Shown: positions 47,908 through 57,242, counted from the stretch's first letter. The stretch: DNA of 64,000 bases from an uncultured Candidatus Saccharibacteria bacterium (GCA_964643995.1 CAZXUJ010000001.1:209492-273491), one strand, 5' to 3'. The notes: a model not told the origin generated them from the letters alone. Made by a program: numbers and translations.

Positions 47908-48909
47908 TTACAGTTTGATCTGCGCTTCAATAAATTGCTCCAGATCTCCGTTTAGCACAGCCTCAGGATTGGTACTCTCAATATCTGTACGTAAATCCTT
48001 AACCAACTTGTATGGGTGAAGTACATAATTTCTTATCTGATTTCCCCATCCAGGGGTTTTATATACTCCTCTGAGTCTATTTTTCTCTTCCTCAAGCTTC
48101 TTTAGCTCGAGGGCATAGAGTTTAGCTTTGAGAATCCGCAAAGCCTTTTCCCTATTTTTTCCTTGTAGGCGCTCTTCTTGGCATTCAACAACTATCCCAG
48201 TGGGAATGTGTTTTATTCTTACTGCTGTAGAGACTTTGTTAACATTTTGGCCACCTGGACCACCGGATCTGTAAGCTTCAAACTCCACATCCTCATTCTT
48301 GAGATCAACTTCAATATTGTCTCCTATTAGAGGGATCACCTCTACAAGCGCAAACGACGTTTGTCTCAGATTGTCCGAGTTGAATGGGGAAAGACGTACC
48401 AATCGGTGAACACCTGACTCTTCACGCAAAAAACCATATGCATATAGTCCAAACAACTCAAAAGACACACTTTTTAGACCAGCAACATCACCAGGCATTT
48501 TATTAATTAAGCTCATTTTCCAACCCTTCTGCTCCGCATAACGTGTATACATTCTAAAAAGAATATCAACCCAATCCATAGCATCAGTACCACCTTGTCC
48601 AGCATGTATAGAAATAATCGCATCACCTTTATCATGAGGACCACTCAAGAATGTCTTAAACTCGAGTTTCCTGAATTCTTTTTCAAAGACTTCAATATCC
48701 CCATCTGCTAGTAACAACTCCAGAATTTCAAAATCTTCCAACTCTTTTTTAATATCTGACTGGGATTGAGAAAGTTTCTGACCTGCTTCCCAGTCTTTCC
48801 AAACATCTTCAGAATTTAGGCGACTCTGTATCTGTTCTAACTGCGAACGTTTATCATCAATTTGAAGGGTTATCTTTAAATTTTCGAGTTTGGCTTTTGC
48901 ATCATCCAT
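47908..48909 (-). CDS. prfB: Peptide chain release factor 2
   Basis: The GGQ motif GGQNVNKVSTAVRIKHIPTG and the SPF tripeptide (RLVRLSPFNSD) identify RF2 rather than RF1. The ORF is 333 aa. Confidence 0.9.
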   Translation of the reverse strand: MDDAKAKLENLKITLQIDDKRSQLEQIQSRLNSEDVWKDWEAGQKLSQSQSDIKKELEDFEILELLLADGDIEVFEKEFRKLEFKTFLSGPHDKGDAIISIHAGQGGTDAMDWVDILFRMYTRYAEQKGWKMSLINKMPGDVAGLKSVSFELFGLYAYGFLREESGVHRLVRLSPFNSDNLRQTSFALVEVIPLIGDNIEVDLKNEDVEFEAYRSGGPGGQNVNKVSTAVRIKHIPTGIVVECQEERLQGKNREKALRILKAKLYALELKKLEEEKNRLRGVYKTPGWGNQIRNYVLHPYKLVKDLRTDIESTNPEAVLNGDLEQFIEAQIKL

Positions 48910-48911
48910 AC

Positions 48912-51512
48912 TTATTCAAAAACTTCTACACCAAGCACAAGCTCATCACCCATTTTTACTTCATTAGATAGTAACTTCAAAGCCAGATAGGACTCTACAG
49001 TGTCCTCTATAACACGTCCCATTGGGCGGGCACCCCATTCCGGACTAAAACCTCGATTTACCAGCTCAGTAATTAACTCTGGCTTGAAAGTAACTTTCAG
49101 ACCTTTTTGATCCGCCATCTTACGAACCTTGGTTAGCATCAAGTCTGTTATCTGCGTAACAACATCTCGTGTCAGAGGCTTAAACACTATTAAACCATTG
49201 AAACGGTTCAAAAACTCGGGTGCATAGTGATCCCTTACATCACGCAAAGCCGCCGCATCCATATCCTGAACGGTGCCATTCTTTGACATTACCTCCTGAA
49301 TTGATCTAGTTCCTACATTACTTGTGGCGATGATGATAGCATTGGTAAAATCTATTGTCATACCTGTCGAGTCGGTCAACCGACCATCATCTAACACCTG
49401 TAGAAAAGCTAACAATACCTGAGGATGAGCCTTCTCAATTTCGTCTAGAAGAATCAAAGCATAAGGCTTAGTTCTCACTGCTTCTGTCAAAACACCTTTT
49501 GAACTTCCTTTTGAACTTCCAATAAGCTTGTCTATACTATCTGCTTGTTGGTATTCACTCATATCTAAGCGAATCATAGCAGTCTCATCTTCGAAATACT
49601 CTGAAGCTAGCGCTTTGGCAGTTTCAGTCTTACCTACACCAGTAGTCCCTACGAAAAGAAAACTAGCAATAGGCTTCTTCTCGTCCCTAATCCCAACACG
49701 TGCTCTTTGAAGAGCTTTGGCAACTTGGTCAACCGCATGCTCCTGACCAATAACTCTTTTCTTCATGGAATCTGCCAAACTCAATAGTTTAGCACTCTCA
49801 TTTTCCGAAAGAGACGTCACAGGTACATGAGTAATTTCAGAAATCTGCGCGCGAATATCCTCACGAGTAATATATTTATTACCTCTAGACTCAGAAACAG
49901 TGCGTGTTAACACGTCAAGGGCTTTATCTGGAAATACCCGTTCGTGCATGAGTTTGGCAGAAAGTCTTACTATTTCCACAAGTGCTGGGTAGGTTACTAT
50001 AACACCCTGCTCACGCTCAAAATCCCTAGAGCTATCCTCCAGAATCGCCACAGTCTCGAGTACATTTGCTGGAGGCACCTCAATAGTATGAAACAATCTA
50101 GAGAAGGAGCCATTTGGCTCTATGTATTTTCTAAAATTTGCAAGATTTGTGGCACCTAAAAACTGAATCTTGGAACCAGCTAGATGTGGCTCCAATAACG
50201 AAAATATTGTCGAGCCATCCTCAGAGGTGGCACCAGAAACAAAGTTATGGATTTCATCGAAAAAGAGAATTATATCACCCGAAGATTTCAGTTCATCCAT
50301 AAGTTGGTTTATCTTTTGGGAAATATCTCCAGCGGTCTTGGTCCCGGCTAGAAGACCTGAGGTATCAATGCTGACAATACGTTTGAACCTTATCGCATCC
50401 TTATCAGTTTCCCCACGCACAATCCTTCTAGCAATACCTTTCACAATTGAGGTTTTCCCACAGCCCGGAGGACCCACCAGTAATATATTTGTATTCGAAC
50501 CGCCTAACAATTCCGAGACCTGATCCATTATTTCTCTGTGCGCCTTTACTTCCTTAATCTGCCCCAGCTGTGCCATTTTGGTATAGTCTTGAGATACACT
50601 ATTTAGAAATGGTGTGATTCTTCCAGTCATACCCTTTCCGGCACCACTCATCTTGGGTAATTGATAATCTTCCTGCCATACAAACATTTTGGAAACGCGT
50701 TCACGTTCTGTCACCACCCAATTAACTGTTTCTTCAATGTTTTCAAATTTGGCATCATAAACGGACAGGACAACTTCAATTTTAGGCACCATACTTAAAG
50801 CACCCAAAAAAATATGCTCTAGTTCTACATACCTAGTACTCTGTTTGGCAGCAAAATCAAAAGAACATTTAGCAAGATTGCTGAAGTTCAATTTCACTGA
50901 AGAGATTTTTGTTATAAAGTCCTGATTTGTAAGTTCAAGCTTCCGAAGGATATATTTTATCGAGAACTCTTCGAAAAGTTTGGCTGATATCTGTGAATCA
51001 TTTACAAGCATTTCATAAAAATAAAGTGCATCTGGTCTGAAGGTTTTCTGGTATTGATCGTCCCTAATTTCAGACACCTTCTTAGCAGGAATCGCTTTGG
51101 AGGATAAGTATCTGAGAGTAAATATTCCAGCGATATAAATTACTATCAAGGAACCATAATAGTGGGCTACTGCAAAAGGTATCAAATACCATCCTACAGG
51201 TATTACCAGTACCAAAAGACTTAAAGCCACTATTAATACCAAACCGATAACCACCTCGAAGATTCTTACTACAAAGCCAATTACCCTACCTACCTTGGTG
51301 TAATCACCATAGATAGGAGTAAATAGAAGCTTTAGGTTTAGAGTGAAGGAAAACTCATTGTTAAGCAATACTATAACTCTTGTAACAATACGAGACAGCT
51401 GCAAAGGAAACTTCACTAAAAACCACAACGGAAATGATGTAACTAGATATGGCAAATTCGATTTCATGAAAAAATAATAGCACGAATATGCATCTCCCCG
51501 GGTAAGATGCAA
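48912..51512 (-). CDS. ClpC/ClpA-family double-ring AAA+ ATPase with an unusual N-terminal transmembrane region
   Basis: NBD1 has Walker A LLVGPPGCGKTS and NBD2 has FLFVGTTGVGKTETAKALA. A Clp_N-like repeat (YVELEHIFLGALS) is present. The first roughly 140 aa contain 3-4 strongly hydrophobic predicted TM helices. The ORF-track start is TTG at 51512, with an alternative ATG at 51467. Confidence 0.8.
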   Translation of the reverse strand: MHLTRGDAYSCYYFFMKSNLPYLVTSFPLWFLVKFPLQLSRIVTRVIVLLNNEFSFTLNLKLLFTPIYGDYTKVGRVIGFVVRIFEVVIGLVLIVALSLLVLVIPVGWYLIPFAVAHYYGSLIVIYIAGIFTLRYLSSKAIPAKKVSEIRDDQYQKTFRPDALYFYEMLVNDSQISAKLFEEFSIKYILRKLELTNQDFITKISSVKLNFSNLAKCSFDFAAKQSTRYVELEHIFLGALSMVPKIEVVLSVYDAKFENIEETVNWVVTERERVSKMFVWQEDYQLPKMSGAGKGMTGRITPFLNSVSQDYTKMAQLGQIKEVKAHREIMDQVSELLGGSNTNILLVGPPGCGKTSIVKGIARRIVRGETDKDAIRFKRIVSIDTSGLLAGTKTAGDISQKINQLMDELKSSGDIILFFDEIHNFVSGATSEDGSTIFSLLEPHLAGSKIQFLGATNLANFRKYIEPNGSFSRLFHTIEVPPANVLETVAILEDSSRDFEREQGVIVTYPALVEIVRLSAKLMHERVFPDKALDVLTRTVSESRGNKYITREDIRAQISEITHVPVTSLSENESAKLLSLADSMKKRVIGQEHAVDQVAKALQRARVGIRDEKKPIASFLFVGTTGVGKTETAKALASEYFEDETAMIRLDMSEYQQADSIDKLIGSSKGSSKGVLTEAVRTKPYALILLDEIEKAHPQVLLAFLQVLDDGRLTDSTGMTIDFTNAIIIATSNVGTRSIQEVMSKNGTVQDMDAAALRDVRDHYAPEFLNRFNGLIVFKPLTRDVVTQITDLMLTKVRKMADQKGLKVTFKPELITELVNRGFSPEWGARPMGRVIEDTVESYLALKLLSNEVKMGDELVLGVEVFE

Positions 51513-51522
51513 ATACAGGTTG

Positions 51523-52107
51523 TTACATTCCTAGCGAGTTAAACTCAAAGTCGAATGTACCAGAAGCCCCCTGCTTAGTATCAGGAATACTATCAGCACT
51601 AAACCTAAGTACAAAACCCTTTACTTGCCCACTATCAATAGTTCCAAGGTTGAATCCCTCTGTTTTCCATTTGACAATAGTTTTACGCTCAAGTGGGGTC
51701 CCCAACTCTCCAGAATCAACATATCCGTTGGTGTTCGAGTCTACCCATGGGAACGGCTGAACATACACTAACTGACGCAATTCAGCCGGATCTTGATCAG
51801 TAGCATAATTGGCATTCGTACTAAGCATGAGTGGGGTCGGTGAATTATTGTACAATTTGACCAAATAATCAGTTGACCAATTAGGGTATATATTCGCCAG
51901 TGCAGGACCTGCCTTTTCGTTTACGAGATTACCTGATGACAAATCACCAGAAACATTGTCCAATAACTTTATGTCTGCACTTCCTACGGAAACACTAGTA
52001 CCAAGCACTTTGGACTTACCACTAAATGCCGCATAAGTCACCCCAATAAGCGCTGTACCTATAATCAAAGAAAAAATCAACAAATACATTTTTTTCATTT
52101 CATTCAC
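51523..52107 (-). CDS. Secreted protein with SipW-cognate-type signal peptide (TasA/camelysin-like family candidate)
   Basis: The N-terminus MKKMYLLIFSLIIGTALIGVTYAAFSGKSKV matches the SipW-cognate signal pattern (compare TasA GGGTWAAFND and CalY GGGTFAFFSD). The mature N-terminus SVSVGSADIKL resembles the TasA ASGTLDLS block. Confidence 0.5.
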   Translation of the reverse strand: MNEMKKMYLLIFSLIIGTALIGVTYAAFSGKSKVLGTSVSVGSADIKLLDNVSGDLSSGNLVNEKAGPALANIYPNWSTDYLVKLYNNSPTPLMLSTNANYATDQDPAELRQLVYVQPFPWVDSNTNGYVDSGELGTPLERKTIVKWKTEGFNLGTIDSGQVKGFVLRFSADSIPDTKQGASGTFDFEFNSLGM

Positions 52108-52117
52108 CTCCTTTCAA

Positions 52118-52825
52118 TTAATTCTTAACAAGTAATCCTTGCTCTCTTAGACTCACATAAGAATCATCACCCATAACGACATGGTCCTGAAGCTTTATTC
52201 CCAAGACCACACCTGCCTCAGCAACTCGCTGGGTAAGCTCGATATCAGCAGAACTAGGTGTTGGATCATTGGACGGGTGATTATGTACCAAAACAACCGA
52301 AACTGCACCTTTTTTAATGGCTGTTGAGTATATTTCTCTTGGATGCGCCAAAGCTTCATTAGCCGTACCAATTGAGACCAAATCAATTGATAGTACGCGT
52401 AGGCGTGCATCAAGTGAGACCACATACAGGTGTTCCTTAGTTTTTGCATATAATGTTTTTCTAAGTATCTTGTAAATATCTGCGGGAGTAACTACTACTG
52501 AGCTTAGAGGCTCAAGCTCTGCTGTCATACGTATACCTATTTCACATGCAGCTTTCAAGCTTGTTGCTTTCGCCAAACCAATGTCGTTAAAACCAATCAA
52601 TTCAGCCGTATCTGCTAACATGATTCCACGATAATTTTTGAATGTTTTCAGTAAATTTTCTGCTAAAACTTTAACTGTTACATTACGACCTCCTGAACGT
52701 AAAACAAGAGACAAAAGTTCTACATTAGATAAGTTTTCGACTCCATGTTTGATCAAACGCTCACGTGGGCGTTCTGATACAGGTAAATCAAATAAACGTA
52801 TAGTTTGGTATCTAGTTTCAAGCAT
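52118..52825 (-). CDS. radC: RadC-family JAB/MPN domain protein
   Basis: The JAMM-like motif VVLVHNHPSNDPTPSSADIELT is present. The N-terminus MLETRYQTIRLFDLPVSERPRERL matches the RadC HhH region. The start is moved to the internal ATG (ORF-track start 52930). Confidence 0.8.
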   Translation of the reverse strand: MLETRYQTIRLFDLPVSERPRERLIKHGVENLSNVELLSLVLRSGGRNVTVKVLAENLLKTFKNYRGIMLADTAELIGFNDIGLAKATSLKAACEIGIRMTAELEPLSSVVVTPADIYKILRKTLYAKTKEHLYVVSLDARLRVLSIDLVSIGTANEALAHPREIYSTAIKKGAVSVVLVHNHPSNDPTPSSADIELTQRVAEAGVVLGIKLQDHVVMGDDSYVSLREQGLLVKN

Positions 52826-52839
52826 ATGATCAATATAGG

Positions 52840-52864
52840 TTATTGCAATATGCATTGCAATATA
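52840..52864. promoter_or_regulatory. Two TTGCAA-centred palindromic boxes (TATTGCAATA and ATTGCAAT) 13 bp apart in the radC / XRE divergent intergenic region; candidate operator
   Basis: Both palindromes are directly visible at 52841..52850 and 52854..52861. Confidence 0.35.
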
Positions 52865-52886
52865 ATAAATTCTATTGATAATATCT

Positions 52887-53168
52887 ATGGAAAAAAATAT
52901 TGGTGACAAGATTAGAAATATAAGAAACAAAGCAAAATTGTCTCAGTCGAGATTTGGACATAAAATGGGAATATCGGGTAAAACAATTTCGGCATATGAA
53001 ACAGGTAAAATTGAGCCACCACTTAGAGTTTTGGAGGCTATATCAGATGAGTACAATGAAAACCTAATAACTCCACCTACACAACAAAAGAATAAACTTC
53101 TTAACAATATTGAAACTATTGAAAGTTCTCTTAAGGAAATTAAATACCTGATAGGAATTTATAATTAA
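52887..53168 (+). CDS. XRE-family helix-turn-helix transcriptional regulator
   Basis: LSQSRFGHKMGISGKTISAYETGKIEPPLRVLEAI is an HTH_3 pattern. The gene is divergent from radC. Confidence 0.7.
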   Translation: MEKNIGDKIRNIRNKAKLSQSRFGHKMGISGKTISAYETGKIEPPLRVLEAISDEYNENLITPPTQQKNKLLNNIETIESSLKEIKYLIGIYN

Positions 53169-53626
53169 CGCTTAGAGTACTGAGGTGCCTTTCGAGCTTT
53201 TCTCAAGTATGGTTTCTTACGTTCGACCATTCTCGAATCTCGAGTCAACATACTCTGTTTTCTAAGTATAGTAGAATACTCTTCACTTATAGAAGCTAAC
53301 GCATGAGAAAAAGCATGTACTACAGCATCAAGCTGAGATGACTTCCCCGAACCTTCAATTTTCACCGTAGCATTAAAATGCGCCCCAGGGTGCGAGACAC
53401 CTACCAAGTGAAAAGGTTTCATCCAATCGCTACGCCTTTTCTCTGACAAAAAGTAATCATCAATAGGCATGTTGTTAGCAGTGAAATCACCTTTACCGTT
53501 GTATAAAAAGACTCTAGCTACAGCAGTTTTTCTTCGACCAGTTCCAAAAATAAAGCCCTTTTTTACTGCCTTGGCTTCCTGGCCTAATGATTCAATTTTC
53601 TTTTTTGTTCTTGTACTTTTAGTCAT
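53165..53626 (-). CDS. rpsI: 30S ribosomal protein S9
   Basis: GTGRRKTAVARV is present and the C-terminus reads PQYSKR. Confidence 0.9.
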   Translation of the reverse strand: MTKSTRTKKKIESLGQEAKAVKKGFIFGTGRRKTAVARVFLYNGKGDFTANNMPIDDYFLSEKRRSDWMKPFHLVGVSHPGAHFNATVKIEGSGKSSQLDAVVHAFSHALASISEEYSTILRKQSMLTRDSRMVERKKPYLRKARKAPQYSKR

Positions 53627-53641
53627 TACTAATTTATGAAA

Positions 53642-54058
53642 CTAATTAGTTACTTGTCCCTGATGTGGATGATCAGTACCTTTATAAACATATAGATTAC
53701 TCATACGTTCTTTTCTAAGCTTGTTTTTTGGTAGCATACCATTCACGGCATTTCGAATTACTTTTTCAGAATTTCGTTTAGTTAAATCTCTTAGAGACTC
53801 CTGCTTTATACCACCAGGAAAACCCGTATGATGAATATACAGCTTAGATGTAGTCTTTGTACCAGTGACGGAAAATAAATCAGAATTCAACACAACAACT
53901 TTATCACCAACATTTATATTTGGAGTATATGTAGCCTTGTTCTTACCAATCAATATAGACGCAACATCACTGGCTAGTCTCCCTAATACTTTTCCTTTAG
54001 CATCTACGATATGCCAGGATGGGTTTAGTTTTGCTTTGCTTGGTGTTGTTGTTTTCAT
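53642..54058 (-). CDS. rplM: 50S ribosomal protein L13
   Basis: WHIVDAKGKVLGRLASDVASIL is present. The start is set at the ATG overlapping the L17 stop (TAATG). Confidence 0.9.
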   Translation of the reverse strand: MKTTTPSKAKLNPSWHIVDAKGKVLGRLASDVASILIGKNKATYTPNINVGDKVVVLNSDLFSVTGTKTTSKLYIHHTGFPGGIKQESLRDLTKRNSEKVIRNAVNGMLPKNKLRKERMSNLYVYKGTDHPHQGQVTN

Positions 54059-54426
54059 TACTTTGTCTCCTTTGAAACCCATTCTACTTTTGCTAATGGA
54101 GCCTTATCTCCTGATCTAAAACCAAGTTTCGTAATCTTTGTATAACCACCCTTACGATCAGCATAATTTGTTGCTATATCAGAAAATAACTTTCTAGTGG
54201 CAACTTCAGAGCCAAGTCTAGAATTAACCAAAGTTATATTGTGAAGATCCTGTGGAGCCTTAGCTTTTGTAACTAGTTTTTCAACATAAGGCTGAAAAAA
54301 TTTGGCTTTCGCCAAGGTTGTCTGTACATGACCTTCAAGAATTAAAGACACAGAAAGATTTTTTAATAACGCCCTTCTATGATCTGTTGTTTTATTTAAC
54401 TTTTTTTTGCTAACTCTATGTCTCAT
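54058..54426 (-). CDS. rplQ: 50S ribosomal protein L17
   Basis: MRHRVSKKKLNKTTDHRRALLKNL is the L17 N-terminus. Confidence 0.9.
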   Translation of the reverse strand: MRHRVSKKKLNKTTDHRRALLKNLSVSLILEGHVQTTLAKAKFFQPYVEKLVTKAKAPQDLHNITLVNSRLGSEVATRKLFSDIATNYADRKGGYTKITKLGFRSGDKAPLAKVEWVSKETK

Positions 54427-54431
54427 AGATT

Positions 54432-55352
54432 CTACTTAAGACCTTCTTTTTCAAGAATTTTTTTAATTTCATTAACAGATTTGTCGCCTAAGTTTTTTAC
54501 ATCGGCCAATTCCTCATCAGATAAGGAACCTAACTGCTGTAAAGTACCAATACCATGCTTCTTGAGGGCATTTATTGTTCTGGTAGGTAATGGAAGATCC
54601 TCTAGAAATATTTCTTCACCGGACTGTACACCAGAGTCATCTCCATCTGCAGAAGCAACTACTAACTCTGGATCTGGACCTTTAGCAAAGCGTGAGAAAA
54701 AGTTTCTCAATGTGGTAGATGCATCTACTAAAGCATCTTCCGGAGCTATACTGCCATTTGTTGTAACCGTAACAGTCAATTTGTCAAGTCCAGTAATGTC
54801 CCCTTTTCTAGTCTGATCAACCTCATAGGATACTTGCAAAACCGGAGAAAATACTGCATCGATCATTATAACTCCAACTTTCGCTGTTTTTCTATCTTCT
54901 ACAGCGGAATAACCAACACCGGACTCAAAGGTAATGTCCATATCGAGTGTTGAATTGTTGTCAGCAAGCTCTGCTATGTGAAGCCCCTTGTTAATTATTT
55001 CTACGTCTGATGGCACTTCTATGTCTGCTGCAGTTACCACGCCTTTACCCTTTTTATGTATAGAACCTATAACAGGGTTATCAGTATGAATTTTTACAGC
55101 TAACTCTTTAACATTTAGAGTTATTTCCACAACGTCCTCTTTAACACCAGCTATAGTTGAAAACTGGTGACTAACTTTAGGTATTCTTAACTCAGTGACA
55201 GCACCACCTTTTAGAGAGGTTAACAGCACTCTTCTTAATACGCTTCCTAAAGTTCTGCCAAAACCACTTGGTAATGGACTAAATTCAAAAATTCCAGTAT
55301 TGCCTTTTGAGGACAATTTATTGATTTTTACATCACTTGTTTGTAATAACAC
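54432..55352 (-). CDS. rpoA: DNA-directed RNA polymerase subunit alpha
   Basis: The ORF has N-terminal and C-terminal alpha-subunit domains (LEDLPLPTRTINALKKHGIGTLQQL as the alpha-CTD HhH) and sits between rpsD and rplQ. Confidence 0.9.
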   Translation of the reverse strand: MLLQTSDVKINKLSSKGNTGIFEFSPLPSGFGRTLGSVLRRVLLTSLKGGAVTELRIPKVSHQFSTIAGVKEDVVEITLNVKELAVKIHTDNPVIGSIHKKGKGVVTAADIEVPSDVEIINKGLHIAELADNNSTLDMDITFESGVGYSAVEDRKTAKVGVIMIDAVFSPVLQVSYEVDQTRKGDITGLDKLTVTVTTNGSIAPEDALVDASTTLRNFFSRFAKGPDPELVVASADGDDSGVQSGEEIFLEDLPLPTRTINALKKHGIGTLQQLGSLSDEELADVKNLGDKSVNEIKKILEKEGLK

Positions 55353-55429
55353 AGACTTTCCTCCTACTTTTACGGACTTTCCGCAAAAAATAAACTTCTA
55401 AAAAGTGCCACACAACTTTGTGTAGACTC

Positions 55430-56032
55430 TTATCTCGAATAATACTCAATAATTAACTGTACATTAATATTTTCAGATAAATCGCTCAAAGCAGGTAATT
55501 TTGTGAATTTAACCTGTCTTTCCTTTACATTAGCTTCAAGCCAGTCAGGTAAAACTATACCTTCTCTGAGATGTATTTTTTCAAAACTTACAGGTTTAAT
55601 GATATCTCCAACTTTAACATGTAAAGAAGGAATTCTTACAATCTGATCATTTATCATAAAAAAGCCTGATCTTATTAATTGACGCGCCTGTGCTCTTGAA
55701 ACAGCAAAACCTGATCTATAAACCATGTTATCAAGTCTCGTTTCCAAGTTTCTCATCAACACTTCACCAGAAACACCCTTAGCATTTAACGCTTCAGCAA
55801 CATACTTGCCAAACTGACGTTCAAGCAAACCATATATTCTCTTAACCTTCTGCTTTTCTCTAAGCTGTACACCATAATCAGAGACTCGTCTTCTTGAATT
55901 ACCATGCTGACCAGGGGCATAATTCCTTTTCGTTATACCACATTTTTCTGATTCACAGCGGGAACCCTTCAAATAGAGCTTAACTCCTTCGCGTCTGCAC
56001 AATCTACATTTTGGACCACTATTTCTTGCCAT
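55430..56032 (-). CDS. rpsD: 30S ribosomal protein S4
   Basis: MARNSGPKCRLCRREGVKLYLKGSRC is the zinc-ribbon N-terminus, followed by an S4 domain. Confidence 0.9.
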   Translation of the reverse strand: MARNSGPKCRLCRREGVKLYLKGSRCESEKCGITKRNYAPGQHGNSRRRVSDYGVQLREKQKVKRIYGLLERQFGKYVAEALNAKGVSGEVLMRNLETRLDNMVYRSGFAVSRAQARQLIRSGFFMINDQIVRIPSLHVKVGDIIKPVSFEKIHLREGIVLPDWLEANVKERQVKFTKLPALSDLSENINVQLIIEYYSR

Positions 56033-56034
56033 GA

Positions 56035-56424
56035 TTAAATTCTCCTCTTTTTCTTTGGTCTACAACCATTATGTGGGATCGGGGTAATGTCTGCTATTGA
56101 AGTAACTCGAAGACCTGCTGTCTTTAAGGCTTTAATAGCCGATACTCTCCCCATTCCTGGACCCTTAACATAAACTGCTACATCAGTCATACCAGCACTA
56201 TAAGCCTCCTGTGCAACTGATTCAGCGGATTTGGTAGCAGCGTAGGGTGTGGACTTTCTTGAACCCTTAAATCCTGACCTTCCAGCACTACCCGAAAAAA
56301 GAATGTTACCCCCCTCATCAGAAATGCTTATTATTGTGTTGTTAAAACCCGCTTGTATATGTACAAGACCAGAACCTGGGGTTAATTCTTTCTTTTTCTT
56401 TTTTGTTCCTTTAGCTTTTGTCAT
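56035..56424 (-). CDS. rpsK: 30S ribosomal protein S11
   Basis: GLVHIQAGFNNTIISISDEGGN and the C-terminal TPIPHNGCRPKKKRR are present. Confidence 0.9.
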   Translation of the reverse strand: MTKAKGTKKKKKELTPGSGLVHIQAGFNNTIISISDEGGNILFSGSAGRSGFKGSRKSTPYAATKSAESVAQEAYSAGMTDVAVYVKGPGMGRVSAIKALKTAGLRVTSIADITPIPHNGCRPKKKRRI

Positions 56425-56433
56425 ATAATGTTG

Positions 56434-56823
56434 TTATTTCTTAGCTGTAGCCTTCTTTTGAGCACCACCAACTGTCTTTCTTTTACCTTTTCTTGTTCGT
56501 GCGTTAGTACTGGTTCTTTGGCCTCTAGCAGGTAAACCTTTGGCATGTCTAGAACCTCTATAAGATTTGATATCTTGCAAACGCCTTATGTTTTGAGAAA
56601 CCATTCTGCGTAACTCACCTTCAACAGGAATCGAGAATTTCTCAATCGATGCTCGTATATTTGCTAGATCCTCATCTGTTAGGCTCTTTGTACGTATATC
56701 ATAATTTATCTTCCCATCATCAAGTATCTTCCTAGCTAAAGTGTCACCAATACCAAAGACATAAGTAAGTGCAACTATTATTCTTTTATTGTCTGGAATG
56801 TCAACACCCATTATTCTAGCCAT
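56434..56823 (-). CDS. rpsM: 30S ribosomal protein S13
   Basis: [26 protein letters not shown] is the S13 N-terminus. Confidence 0.9.
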   Translation of the reverse strand: MARIMGVDIPDNKRIIVALTYVFGIGDTLARKILDDGKINYDIRTKSLTDEDLANIRASIEKFSIPVEGELRRMVSQNIRRLQDIKSYRGSRHAKGLPARGQRTSTNARTRKGKRKTVGGAQKKATAKK

Positions 56824-56826
56824 ATA

Positions 56827-56940
56827 CTATCCTTGTTTTTGTTTGTGTTTAGGGTTTTTGCAAATAACCCTTATAACACCTTTTCTTTTTATAATTTTGC
56901 AGTCTCTGCAAATTTTTTTAACAGAACTTCTGACCTTCAT
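56827..56940 (-). CDS. rpmJ: 50S ribosomal protein L36 (37 aa; found manually, below the ORF-track size cutoff)
   Basis: The reverse-complement translation reads [37 protein letters not shown] with the CxxC...C...H zinc ribbon. It sits between infA and rpsM as expected. Confidence 0.85.
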   Translation of the reverse strand: MKVRSSVKKICRDCKIIKRKGVIRVICKNPKHKQKQG

Positions 56941-56949
56941 ATTTCAAAT

Positions 56950-57171
56950 CTATCTATAACGATATGTTATTCTCCCTCTCGTGAGGTCATGAGGGGAAAA
57001 CTCAACCTTCACCTTATCACCTGATAAGATTGTAATTCTAAATTTACGCAATTTACCAGACAATACTCCCCAAGCTTCTGTGTTATCAGGGAACTCAATT
57101 TTAAACAGCCCACTAGTCTGTACCTCCCTTACTATTCCTTCTTTTGTTTCAACTTTCTTCGTGCTACTCAT
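56950..57171 (-). CDS. infA: Translation initiation factor IF-1
   Basis: The 73 aa S1-like protein reads KEGIVREVQTSGLFKIEFPDNTEAWGVLSGKLRKFRITILSGDKVKVEFSPHDLTRGRITYRY. Confidence 0.9.
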   Translation of the reverse strand: MSSTKKVETKEGIVREVQTSGLFKIEFPDNTEAWGVLSGKLRKFRITILSGDKVKVEFSPHDLTRGRITYRYR

Positions 57172-57242
57172 TATATATACGTCGACGGGGGAAATTCTAT
57201 CAAAATAAAGCTATACCGTCAACAAAAACTCCCAACAATGAC

